A stretch of 56,950 nt of DNA from Chiloscyllium plagiosum. Its lineage: Eukaryota. The stretch is taken from positions 33,725,958 to 33,782,907 of the forward strand of contig NC_057719.1 in NCBI RefSeq assembly GCF_004010195.1. The letters are read 5' to 3'. The position numbers and the translations under genes are program-made. Under the pieces are notes generated by a model. It searched no databases, had not been told where the DNA came from, and worked only from the letters and a program-made list of their open reading frames with translations. Below are positions 21,883 to 34,401 of this stretch, in pieces. Position 1 is the stretch's first letter. Each line of letters starts with the position of its first letter.

Positions 21883-23770
21883 CAAAAAACTGCAGGTGCT
21901 GGAATCCAAGGTAGACAAGCAGGAGGCTGGGAGAACATAGCAAGCCAGGCAGCATCAAGAGGTAGAGAAGTCGCCGTTTCAGATGTAACCTTTCTTCAGG
22001 ACTTGGGGTGTTTGTAAAGGGATAAAGAGAGTGGATAAAGGGAGTGGTGGGGCAGAGTGGTGAGGTGGGGATAGGTGGAGACAGGTAGAGGGTACAACCT
22101 TGTTGGTCATTGGGAGGAATGAATCCAGTAGGTGGCTGAGAGGGAGGGGGAGGAGCTGGGAAGGTAGTTGCGAATGAGAAGGGAGGTTACTTGAAATTGG
22201 AGAACTCAATGTTGAGTCTCCGAGCTGTCGGCTGCCAAGGTGAGGTGTTGTTCCTCCAAGTTGTGGTTTGAGATGTTATGGTAATGGTGGAGGTCAAGGA
22301 TGGTCATGTCAGAAAGGGAGTGGGAAGGGGACTTAAAATGGGTGGTGACTGGGAGGTCCAGTTAGCCCTTGCGGGCCCGGCTGAGATGCTCTGCAAAACG
22401 TTACCCAGTTCAGCCTGCCTCTTTGTCGGCCACGTCAAGCATTCCCTCTTTAGTACTACACAGGCACTGTGCCCAAACTCTTCTGCCATTACATTGCTGA
22501 CTGCATCGACGCAATGTTCTGCACCCAGGCTGAACTGGAGCAGTTCATTGACTTCTCCCACAACTTCCACCCTGCCCTCAAATTCACATCATCCATTTCA
22601 GATACCTCCTTCCCCTTTCTGGACTTCACCATTTCCATCTCCGGCGACAGTCTCCAGACAGATGTTTGCTACAAACCCACAGACTCTCACAACTACCTGG
22701 ACCACACCTCCTTCCATTCAATATCCTGCAAAAACTCAATTTTCCTAATTTCTCCACCTCTGCTGCATCTGCTCGAATGAGGAGACATTCCACTCCCAAG
22801 CATCCCAGATGTCCACCTTTTTCGAACAACGTACTTTTTCTCCCTCTGTCATCCAGACAGCCCTTACTCGCACCACCTCCATTCCCCGTTCCACTGCTCT
22901 AAACTCCCCCTCACAGTTGCAATAAACACAGAGACCCGTTGTCCTCACCTATTATCCCACCATCTCCGCATTCAAAGCATCATCCAGCAACTCCAGCTAG
23001 ACCCCACCACCAAAAACATCTTCCTCTCTCCACCTCTCTCTGCCTTACATAAGGACAGTTCCATTTGCTAATCCTTGGTTTGTGCCACTCTCCCCATCAA
23101 CCTACCCCACCCCCAAACCTCCAAATAGCTTCCCTAGCGATTGGAAAAGATACAAAACCTGGAGGCACACCACCCCCCTCACTTCCATCCAGGGCCCCAA
23201 ACAGTCCTTCCAGGTGAGACAGAGGTTCACCTGCCTCTCCTCCAACCTAGTTTACTGTATTCAATGCTCCCTATGCAGTCTTCTCTCCATCTGGGAGACT
23301 AAACGTAAACTAAAAGAACGTTTTGCCAAGCATCTCAGCTGGGCCTGCAGGGGCCGACCTGACCTCCCAGTCACCGCCCATTTTAATTCCACTTCCCACT
23401 CCCTTTCCGGCATGACCATCCTCGGTCTCCTCCATTGCTACAGCGAATCAAACTGCAAATTGGAGTAACAACACCTCATCTTTCGCCTGGACAGTCTACA
23501 GCTCGGAGACCCATCCCCTGACTCTCTTCCCAGTCCCTCCCCTCCCCCTCCCCCTTCCTTCCACTCCTCCCAGCCACCAACTGGATTCATTCCTCCAATC
23601 AACCAACCAGATTGTACCCTCTACCTGTCGACGTCTATCCCCATCTCACCACCCTGCCACCCCCACCACTCCGCCCCCTTTATCAACAGCTCCCCTTACA
23701 CTGACTCCCAGTTCTGAAGAAGGGTTATACCTAAAAAGTTGACTTCAATGTCCTGATACTGCCTGGCTGT
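21883..23770 (+). mobile_element. Penelope-like element: inverted 5' pseudo-LTR (~21883-22395), RT C-terminus, GIY-YIG endonuclease, 3' pseudo-LTR
   Basis: YIADC, FHPALKFT, PFLD, YKPTDSHNYL (PLE RT); RFTCLSSNLVYCIQC..ETKRKLKERFAKH (GIY-YIG); degenerate hammerheads at ~21970-22001 (-) and ~23714-23745 (+). Confidence 0.9.
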
Positions 23771-23772
23771 CT

Positions 23773-23895
23773 GTGAAATCATGACAGGCATAGATATGGT
23801 AGATAGCCGACAGATTTTCCCCATAATAGGGGAATCTAAAACTAGATGTCATAGGTTTAAGTTAAGAGGAGACAGATACAAAAGGGTCCAGAGGA
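23773..23895 (+). mobile_element. CR1 fragment
   Basis: EIMTGIDMVDS..GESKTRCHRFKLRG. Confidence 0.7.
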
Positions 23896-24030
23896 ACTGA
23901 AACAGCAACTAACTATATAGTGTATGGTCCTACAGTGGGAGCCAAGAAATCAATGACTGCATTATGAAAGGACTGTGAAAATGTTTCTGCAGGACGATTA
24001 TAATTAGATGGTGATTAGACCACAGCTATA

Positions 24031-24048
24031 CACACACACACACACACA
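24031..24048. repeat. (CA)9 microsatellite
   Basis: direct reading. Confidence 0.9.
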
Positions 24049-24174
24049 TTGAGATATTCTCAAACATCAGCCCTTTGAGCTGCTTATTTCCTGAACGTTA
24101 CAATGTTTGCAGTGTGCTGGCTTACTCAGTGCAAAGTACATGAAACAAAAATGAACATCTTGTCACCAAGTTCT

Positions 24175-24680
24175 TAAATGATGGCACAACATTAGCCACC
24201 CTCCAACTATGGGGCACTTCACCTGTGGCTGTCGATGATACAAATATCTCCGCTAGGCACCCCATAATTTCCTCCCTAACCTCCTACAATTTCCTATGAT
24301 ACACTTCATCGGATTCAGGGATTTATCTATCTTAATGTGTTTTAAGACTTTCAGCACCTCCTCCTCTATAATGTCAGTTCTCTTCAAGATACTACTATTT
24401 ATTTCCCCAAGTTCCCTCGCGTCTGTGCCTTTCTTGACAGTAATTACTGATGAGAAATATTCATTTAGAATCTCACCCATCTCTTGTGGCTCTGCACATG
24501 GATGACCTTGTTGATCTTTAAGAGGTCCTATTCTGTGCCTAGTTACTTTTTTTGCCGACATGTAATTGTAGAATTTTTCTGGATTCTCCTTTACCTTATC
24601 TGCCAAAGCCTCCTGTGTCCCTTTTAGCTCACCTGATTTATCTCCCAAGTATACTCTGACACCCTCTTTACCCCTTCTTG
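24175..24680 (-). mobile_element. CR1 ORF2 internal fragment
   Basis: ORF 24253-24738: KVKENPEKFYNY..IGPLKD..MGEILNEYFSSV. Confidence 0.85.
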
Positions 24681-24772
24681 TAAAAACAGCACTTACAATG
24701 AGTGTCAGGTAACTTGCTTTTAAAAAAAATGCAGCCAATCCTTTGCTGTTTAAACTAGTCTTTTTCCCATTT

Positions 24773-25105
24773 CATAGAATCCCTACAGTAGCAAAGTAGG
24801 CCATTCAGCCCATCAAGTCCACATTGACCCTCTGAAGGGCATCCTACCTAGATCCACCCTATCCCTGCATTTCCCATGGCTAATCTACTTTGTTTGCACA
24901 CCCCTAGATGCTATGGGCAATTTAGCATTGCCAATCCAGCTAACCTGCACATCTTTGGACTGTAGGCGAAAATCAGAACACCCTGAGGAAACCCGCACAG
25001 ACAATGGAGAATGTGCAAACTCCACACAGTTACCCAAGGCTGGAATTGAACCTGGGTTCCTGCCACTGTAAGGTAACAGTGCTAACCCCTGACCCATTGT
25101 GCTAT
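24773..25105 (-). mobile_element. HE1-type SINE
   Basis: reverse complement of SINE body, B-box and tail. Confidence 0.85.
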
Positions 25106-26664
25106 CCTGCTCCACAATCAAAACTACAGAAAAAAGTTATGGCCTTTTAGATCAAGCAGTAATTTCTTTCAAAATTATGCCTACTTTGCCATTTCAGTTC
25201 ATATAATTTGTGTCTGCCTTCCAAGAAAAAGGCAGTCTGCAACTGATTGCTAGTGCCACAGATTTGCCTTAAAGAATGGAAGATCAATTTTCTACATGCT
25301 ACTCCTGTGAGCTACTCTGGAGAAAAATTATAGGAGCATTAAAACAATTTTCTGTACTTTCATTTTCTTTTCAATACCTGTATTCGGTAGTTTTATAAAT
25401 ATAGAATACCTGGATGTGAAAGAACTTCCTGACAGTTTGGAATCATCCAATAGTTTAATGAAGAGTCCATTAATTTTCTAACTAGCTATAGGATGCCATG
25501 ATAATCGTTGTGTTTAAAAGGCAGTGATGAAATTGTGAGTAGAGCAATTAGCAACAAAAGATCAAGTAATTAACTCTTGAGGAATTAACCAGAATTTGCT
25601 GTTAAGTTGCTAATCATCCATTTACCAATAACTATTTACTTACACCGGAGGGTATCCGGGTTCACAGTGACAGCCTGGTCTCTGACAATCCTTAGGAACA
25701 AGCAAGACTTTCATGCTAATGCTTGTCTGCTCACATGTCCAGCAGATTCACACAAATCTGCTGTTTCTGCTATCTGCCTTTGCTCGTCAATGTGTGATAA
25801 AGCAGAAAGTGCTGTGGGAAAATTTTTATTATTTCTCAATTTCCTTTGTTCGCGCAAAGGTCACACACTTATGATAGATAATCTGTTTTTGCAACTAACC
25901 TTTCAAAAACACTTCATCTGTTGATGGAGTGGTCAAACAGCAATTTTTAACAAAAACATTCCTCATTCTATATGTAGCAATCATATTTGTGAGGAAAGAT
26001 GTTACCAAAATCAGAACCATCAGTACTTTTCTCATGTGTTTTAATTGAAATGCTCAGTTGTATTATCAGCAGACAAAAGTTAAAGACAGACATTTTGTTA
26101 CTAAAATATAGATGTGAATTTAGGGTGAGATGACTGTTCCTTTCTTACCTCACTGGTGTTGTTGAAGATACTTCTCAGAAGGTTATGCCTTCGGAGTGGA
26201 TCTGACATAAGGCACTCAAACGGAAATGATGGGGACAAAGACAATTTCCCAAGCCAGTGACTGATGCTCTCCTCTATAAGTATGAAATCATGTCCTAATG
26301 TTAAATTTGGCTGTCCTGAGGAACTGAGCTCCATGACCACATTCTCCAGATAACTGGCCTTTTCTTATCCGTGTCCATGAGTGCCCCTGGATCATTTAAC
26401 CATGGTTTCGGACAATCCTAGTGTCAGTATCTAAATTGCCTTGGCTGTATCTAGTGGCAAAGTGGTAGTGGCCATACCTGTGAGCCAGAAGGTGCATGTT
26501 TAAAAGCCACCTGATCCAGAGATTTGTCATGGAACATCTGAAAAGGTTGATTAAAAAAAAAAACTCAATAATTCATTCATCCATTCCTTTTAGGAAGAAT
26601 AGCAATCAGGAGTGTGAACTTTGACACTAAAAATGCCATAAAAGTATGCAATGATATCATGATC

Positions 26665-28600
26665 AACTGGGTTAGTCGGCCAAAGATTGGCAGATGGATT
26701 TTAATTTAGGTAAATGCAAGATGATGCATGTTGGTAAGACAAATCAGGGCAGGACTTACACAGTTAATGGTAGTGTCCTGCAGAGTGTTGTCTAACACAG
26801 ACACCTAAGGCTGCAGGTTTTTAGTTCCTTGAAAGTGGAGTTGCAGGGTGGCGAAGGCAGTGTTTGGCATGTTTGCATTCCTTGGTCAGAGCATGGTGTA
26901 CAGGAGTTGGGATATCATGCAACAGTGGCACGGTAGCTCACTGTGCATGGGACCAGGGTTCAATTTCAGCCTCGGGTGACTGTCTGTGTGGAGTTTGCAC
27001 ATTCTCCACTTGTCTGCGTGGGCTTCCTCCAGGTGGTCCGGTTTCCTCTCACAGTCCAAAGATGTGCAAGTTAGGTGAATTGCCCACAGTGTTCAGGGAT
27101 GTGAAGGCAAGGTGCATTAGTCAGGGGAAATGTAGAGTGGTACAGGAATGGTTCTGGGTGGAATACTCTTCAGAGGATCGGTGTAGATTGTTGGGCCAAA
27201 TGGCCTGTTCAAACACTATGGAGATTCAATGATGCTGTGAGCTATTGGTAAGGCCACATTTGGAGTACTGCATACAATTCTGGGCACCCTGCAATAGGAA
27301 GGATATTATCAAAATGGAAAGGGTGCAAAAAAGATTGACAAGGATGTTCCCGAGACTGGAGGGTTTGAGTTAAAAGGAGAGGCTGGATAGGAGCAGTTCC
27401 CTGTAACGTCGGAGGCTGAGGGGTGACCTTATAGAGGTTCATAAAATCATGAACGGCAAAGATAAGGTGAATAGTCAAGGTCTTTTCCCCAGGGTGGAGG
27501 AGTCCAAAACTAGAGGGCATAGTCTTAAGGTGAGAGGTGAAAGACTTAAAAGGGACCTGGGGAGCATCGTTATCACAGAACATATATGGAACAAGCTGCC
27601 AGAGGAAGTGGTAGAGGAGAGTACAATTAGAATATTTAAAAGACACTTGGAAAAGTACATGGATAGGAAAGGTTTAGATGGATATGGGCCAAATGCAGGC
27701 AAATGGGACTAGTTCATTTAATAAACCTGGTCAGCGCGGACAATTGGACTGAAGCTCCTCACTCCTTTCAGCATTCCACCAGCGACTCCCACATTAGGTC
27801 CTGTGGTGAAAGGGTTAAAAATTATGTCCCAATACATGTGTGTTTTTTAGCCTTGCTCTGCTGTTCACATGAATGTTTATATCTGGAAAAGAGTATATCA
27901 GCTGGAAAAGTCTCCAGTTCGGTGAGTCTGCTCTGGGGTTACGTTTAACCGCCGAGCGTGGGTTGTTGGCAACCGCTCTACGAGAACTGACGGCTCCCAG
28001 TTCCGGTAACATGTAGAGTGAGTATAAGCCAGACCCGTTGTAAGTATGAGACCTGGTTGTGGCGACGCTGCGGGGAATAAAATGCTCATATTCTAGCAGA
28101 CTCGCCTCTTGGTCGTTTGTTCTGTGTCAGACTACTGTCCTACGAACCTGACCTTGAGAATTTTTTAAAACAGAGGGTTCGAGTTAAAAGGAGAGGCTGG
28201 ATAGGAGCAGTTCCCTGTAACGTCGGAGGCTGAGGGGTGACCTTATAAAGGTTCATAAAATCATGAACGGCAAAGATAAGGTGAATAGTCAAGGTCTTTT
28301 CCCCAGGGCAGAGGAGTCCAAAACTAGAGGGCATAGTCTTAAGGTGAGAGGTGAAAGACTTAAAAGGGACCTGGGGAGCATCGTTATCACAGAACATATA
28401 TGGAACAAGCTGCCAGAGGAAGTGGTAGAGGAGAGTACAATTAGAATATTTAAAAGACACTTGGAAAAGTACATGGATAGGAAAGGTTTAGATGGATATG
28501 GGCCAAATGCAGGCAAATGGGACTAGTTCATTTAATAAACCTGGTCAGCGCGGACAATTGGACTGAAGGGTCCGTTTCTGTATACATGACTCTATGACTT
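26665..28600 (+). mobile_element. CR1 3' part with nested SINE (26923-27232) and a 396-bp internal duplication around an insert
   Basis: [29 protein letters not shown] motifs; duplicated ORFs 27449 and 28263 offset by 814; tail ATGACTCTATGAC. Confidence 0.85.
27802..28172 (+). mobile_element. Putative young solo-LTR-like sequence
   Basis: TG...CA ends (TGTGGTGAAA / TTTTAAAACA), TATAA at 28023-28027, AATAAA at 28076-28081, CpG-rich compared with surroundings. Confidence 0.6.
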
Positions 28601-29751
28601 GATGACTGCCACTTTGGCTGAGGTCACCTAATTTGGCACAGATTGGACAATATGGTTCAGGTCGATATAAGACAGTCATAAGCAATCAGGGAAAGTTCTC
28701 CAATAAAGGTAATACTTCACCAATAGTCAGCAAACCATCAACTCTCATTTGCTATTCTCACTTCATGATAAAATATATTGCAAAGGATAAAAACACATCT
28801 GACAATTACATATAATTCTGGCTTTATTAAAGAGGTAGTGACAATGGCACTGATCATTTAAATACGCCTTTAGCTATCAAATAACAATTTTTCACACGCT
28901 GATCAGTATTCTTCGAGAAATAAAATGGCAAATATTTCACAAAGAAAATAGATGGCTCAGGTTGTTCCAGTTTTGAATTTTATACCCTGTCAGATTATTA
29001 ATTTTATGTTTATTACAAGTATCCATAGGGACCTCTGATATTTAAGTAGAGTTGCGGTAAGCCCATCATGAACTGATGATGCCTGAAAATGGTTACAACT
29101 CTGTCAATTTCAGAAATTAACAGCACGTGAAATTGCAAGGACAAGGAGGTAAAATAATAAATGAGAGTCTCTGATGCGGCCATGTAAATCATACAAACCT
29201 TGTCAGCGCAGTCACCTATCTCAATAAAAGCATTTATATTGCATTCTAGTATGCCAGTTTAAGTGCCAAGATGGTAAAACTATTGAAATAGAACATCTCA
29301 CAATGGTACTGCACTAGCACCATTTTTTATTTAACTCTAATTCGTTTCTTAAAGTAGTCATAATATGAAGAAATCAGCCATCAGCTCTTTACAATCTCTG
29401 AAACTGGTTCAATGCTGCATAGCTGTCGTTTATATTCTGTTGCTTTTGAGTCTTGATTGATACTGTTTTCAGTGATTTTCCAGCTCTCAGTGACTTAAAT
29501 TCTTCATACCTGCTCCTATTTATATTCTTAGCATGTTTCTGTCTTTCTTTCTGTTTTCTCATTTTCACTCCATTCAAATGACTGTCCCAAGTAGTCTTGT
29601 TATCATGGTACTGTAAACCAGAATAATCACATTTTGTAAATGTCACCCAAATCAAGACAGTACCAAGAATTCACTTTTTGTAACTTGTATTTTAACACAA
29701 TCAGAACCAATGCAAATTAAACTTGAATTGACAGGCAAATGGTAACAAGAT

Positions 29752-30280
29752 CTCCTTCCTATTGGAAAAATGTTGTGAAACTTGAAAGGGTTCAGAAAAG
29801 ATTTACAAGGATGTTCCCAGGGTTGGAGGATTTGAGCTATAGGCAGAGACTGAACAGCTGGGGCTATGTTTCCTGGAGTGTCGGAGGCTGAGGGGTGACC
29901 TTATAGAGGTTTACAAAATTGTGAGGGGCAAGGATAGGATAAATAGACAAAGTGTTTTCCCTGGGGTCGGGGAGTCCAGAACTAGTGGGCATAGGTTTAG
30001 GGTGAGAGGAGAACGATATAATAGAGACTTATGGGACAACTTTTCCACAGAGAGGGTGGCACATGTATGGAATGAGCTGCTATAGGAATTGGTGGAGGCT
30101 GGTACAATTGCAACATTTAAAAGGCATTTGGATGGATATATGAATAGGAAGGGTTTAGAGGAATATGGGCCGGGTGCTGGCAGGTGGCACTAGATTGGAT
30201 TGGGATATCAGGTCAGCATGGACGAGTTGGACCGAAAGGTCTGTTTCCATGCTGCACATCTCTATGACTCTATGACTCTA
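29752..30280 (+). mobile_element. CR1/HER1-type 3' end
   Basis: high similarity to 1595-2103; (TCTATGAC)n tail. Confidence 0.9.
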
Positions 30281-32776
30281 AGATACATTTCACGTTGGTT
30301 CTTCTGTTCATTTTGTTCTGCTTAACTGTATTACACGCAAATGGCCTCTTGTAAATACATCTTCCCTGTTCTAGCAATAAAGTTTCAACTTTGATCTCCA
30401 GCATCTGCAGACCTCACTTTCTCCTTAACTGTATTACACGCAAATGGCCTCTTGTAAATACATCTTCCCTGTTCTCTCCACTGCTGCGGCTCTCTTTTCT
30501 GTTTTGTCATCTGATTTTCATATGTTGACTTGATACCTTGGTATTACTCTCAGGTCAAGGGTCTCCAGGTCAGATAGCCCAGTGTTTCTTATTATTCAAA
30601 TAGAGTATAATTGATCCTGATGCAATTTATGCCAATTCTGAAAGTTGTTTTTAAAAACTCTTTGAAGTGGTTTACAGATTACATGGACATTTTAAAGAAA
30701 TTAGACATTTTCCTTACTTGCTTCTATGTAAATGGTCATCACATTCTTCACTCAAGCTTTGCTTCTCTACAGATCTTTTGAATGACAAACCCTGTAATAA
30801 GAAGGAGTTTGGATTGTCAATGCCAGTGACCGCAAAGGACTGCAACTCCATTCTTGTTCAACCAGCTCATCTTCCTGCAATACAGGCCATTCTACTTATA
30901 AAACAACGGCAAAAAAGGAACTGGTTTTTGTAGCTGAAGTACCTGTATTACAAACAAAATTACATAAGGTGGCCATTGTGGTGCATTATGCTAAATAAAC
31001 AACTTATGAGATAGCCACAATTATCAATTTATGCCCGTACTACTCAGTTGTTACTTTCTCCATTTAGTTGTACTGCAGCAATGTATTTGGAGACCAGGTT
31101 GAAATGAGGATGGAAAATTATTAGGGGAATGGACAAACATTTATTTCTGTGGCTATCAATGTGACTCCAGGATAGTATGTGCCTTCCCAGTGCCAGGATT
31201 AAGGATGTCACTGAATGGCTACTGGATATTGTTCAGTGGGAGGCCATCTTGGTACCAAAACCATAGGAAGGAAGGAGGATGTGATCCTTAAAGTAGAATT
31301 TAGGGAGTGAAATAGAAAGATAGCAAGCAGGACCTCAAATGTAACCATCTTTGGATTAATCTCGGTGCCATGTGCAAGTGAGTGCGGAAATAGCAGGATA
31401 AGGCAGATGAATGAGTGATGGTACAGGATTGAGGAAAGATGGTACAGGAAGGAGGGGTTTAGATTCCTGGCACACTAGGACTGGCTCTGGAGAAAATGGT
31501 ACCTCTGCAAGCTGAATGGGTTACATCTGAACAGAGCTAGGATTAAGGTCCTTGCGAGGCATTTTGCTTGTGCCATAGGGAGGGCTTTAAACTAACCTGA
31601 CAGGGGATGGAAACAAGGGGAGAATGGTAGAGGACAGTACCAGGGTTAATAAAATACTTGGGGATACAAATGTTACTAAATCAGAGAACACCAATTTAAT
31701 GGGTTAAGTCAATGTAGGGGAGAAAAAAAGGAAATATCAAACAGAGTTAACGTTCCTTTGTGTTAGTGCATGGAGTATAGGGAAATGGTTGGAGAGTTAC
31801 AGTTGCAGATTGCTATGTGGAAATATGATGAAATACACCAGAGGCTTTGCACAAGGAAAGGCAACACTGGGTCTTGAATATTACTGGTGTAAGTTGTTCA
31901 TGAAAACTAGAAAAGGAAGTCAAAGGAATAGAAATGGGACAAATCCACTGCTCGTTGTAAGCCTCTAGGCCACTAACTAGTGGAAAGGATGTAGAGGAAC
32001 AAATCCTCAGGGAAGTTACAAAGAAGTGCCAGTATTATACAGTAGTTAAAATGGGGCACTTTAATAACCTAAATATAGACTGTGATACTGGTAGTATAAA
32101 TGGCAGTGGTGGGCAAGTGTTCCCAGGATGTGTTCAGAAGAGTTTTCTACAAAGTCAATCCAACAAGGAAGGATGCAGTGGGCTCTGGTCCTTGGAAAGT
32201 GCAAAGTGAATTAAATGTTAGTGGGGGAGCATTCAGGAGATCGTGATCAGTGTATCATAAGGTTCAAGATGGTCATGGAGAATGAAATGTAGCAACCTAG
32301 AGAAAGAAAAAAATCAATTGGTGGAGAGTTGTCTTCAGTAGAGTAAGAGCAGAGCTATGCAGGATTGACTAGGGGACAAGACATTGGTGGGGAAAGCAGT
32401 AACTGAAAAATAGGCTACCTTCAAAAAAGAGATGGGTTGGGTTCAGTCAAGCTATATTTCCTAAAATGGGAAAGATAAGTCAAACAAATGCAGAGTTCCC
32501 TAGATTATAAAAGGAGATAGAAATTAGCATTAGAAAGAAACAGGTATGTTTATGACAGGCATAAGGCAGAAAATGCAATCGAGAACAAAGAAGATTACAA
32601 AAAGTCTAGAGGGCAGGTTAAAAAACAAATGAGAAACGTAAAGAGAAATTATGAGGAAATACCAGCAGCTAACATGATGGGGGATCCTAAAGCCTCCCTA
32701 GGCATATAAGTAGTAAAAGAATGGTAAAAATAGGAGTAGGACCAATTCTCGATCAATTTGGGGCTGACATATGGAG

Positions 32777-32990
32777 AAGGAGGAGGAGAACTTCTTCAAG
32801 GTGGGCATCCTTGAAACAGGCTTCACAGTAAGGTTATAATCAACTTGGAGAAAGTGAGGACTGCAGTTGCTGGAGATCCGAGTCAAAAAGTGTGTGCTGG
32901 AAAAGCACAGCCAGTCAGGCAGCATCCGAGGAACAGGAGAGTCGACGTTTGAGCATAAGCCCTTCATCAAGAGTGTCCTCACTTTCTCCC
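32777..32990 (-). mobile_element. PLE fragment with 3' extension beyond the usual terminus
   Basis: GGAGAAAGTGAGGACTGCAG terminus preceded by 70 extra bases; short inverted end GTCCTCACTTTCTCC; ACATATGGAG repeated at 32767-32776 and 32995-33004. Confidence 0.75.
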
Positions 32991-33361
32991 ATTTACATAT
33001 GGAGGCAGGGCCATAAAGGTGTTAAATGAATAGTTTGCAATTGTCCTTATAAAAGAGGAGGATGCTGCTCAGGTTATGGTGACAGAGGAAGAAACCCTGT
33101 CATTAGCAGTTTCAAAATTGATAAATATGAAGACCGGGATATATTTTTGGTGCTTAAATTTGACGAGGCACCAGGACTGGTGAGATGCATCCAAGGATTT
33201 TGAACGAAATAATGGTAGAGATTGCAGGAGCATTGGTCATATTTTTTCAATCTTCTTTGGACTTGGGGATGGTGCCAGAATACTGAAAATTGCAAACATA
33301 TGGCCATGTTCAAAAACGTTTGTAAAGATAATCCTTGCAATTGTAAGAACAATCAGTTTTT

Positions 33362-33668
33362 TTAGATTAGATTCCCTACAGTGTGGAAACAGGCCCTTCA
33401 GCCCAACAAGCCCACACTGACCCTCTGAACAGTAACCCACCCAGACCCATTTCCCTCTGACTAATACACCTAATGTTATGGGACAATTTAGCATGGCCAA
33501 TTAATCTGACCTGTACATCTTTGGACTGTGGGAGGAAGCCAGAGCAAACCCACGCAGACATGGGGAGAATGTGCAAACTCCACACAGACAGTCACCCAAG
33601 GCTGGACTCAAACCTGGGACCCTGCTGCTGTGAGGCAGCAGCGCTGACCACTGAGCCACTGTGCCGCC
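33362..33668 (-). mobile_element. HE1-type SINE, full length
   Basis: reverse complement GGCGGCACAGTGGCTCAGTGGTCAGC..GGTTTGAGTCC and (AATCT)n tail. Confidence 0.9.
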
Positions 33669-34277
33669 CTGAAGTTTAACTTCAGTAGCGGGGAAACTAG
33701 AAACAATTATTTGGGATAGAATCAGTAGTCACATGGAAACTTTTGTGTTGGTTTGGAAGATTTAGCATGTATTCCTAAAGGATAAATTTTGTTTAATTAT
33801 CTTTCTTTGAAGAGGTAACAGAAAGGCTCAATGACGGTAATGTTGATGTGTTATTCATGTATTTCCAGAAGGCATTTATTAAGGTGCCAAAGAATCTTTC
33901 TGTGAGGAAAATTATGGATCATGGTAAAAAAGGGGACAATAGCAACTTGATACAGAATTAACTGAATAATAGGAAACAGAGAATAAAGATCAATGGAATT
34001 TTTTGGTGGGGAATGGTTTGTAATAGTGTTCCGAGGTGTCTGTATTGGGGCCTTTACCTTCCCTGATGTATATTAATGAATTGGATCTTGGTGTGCAAGG
34101 GACAATTTACAAGTTTTCAGATGACACAAAACTTGGAAGAATTACAAACTGTGAGTAGAAGATGTGAGAGGTCCAAAAGAAATTGACAGGTTGATATAGT
34201 GGGTGAATCGGTGGCAGATATGGTTTAATGCTGAGATGTGAGGACGATGGGGTACACTTTGGAAGAACATTGAAAAG

Positions 34278-34401
34278 CACTCCCTGAAGTGCAAAGCTAT
34301 GGACTCCTGACCAAGCACACCCTAACCAGTCTGATATTGGAGACTGCCCTTGACTTACTCTGTCAGGAACACTGGGCTGAAGGGTGTTCCCTTCAACTTA
34401 A
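34278..34401 (-). repeat. Inverted copy of 35827-35950 inserted between 102-bp direct repeats
   Basis: CACTCCCTGAAGTGCAAAGC...TTCAACTTAA is the reverse complement of TTAAGTTGAA...GCAGTTCAGGGAGTG; flanks 34180-34281 and 34416-34517 identical. Confidence 0.9.

Noticed and set aside
26149..26220. FECLMSDPL..SE resemblance to the first helices of an RGS domain
   Set aside because: The conserved F..FL and ENxxFW residues are absent, and no following exon was found
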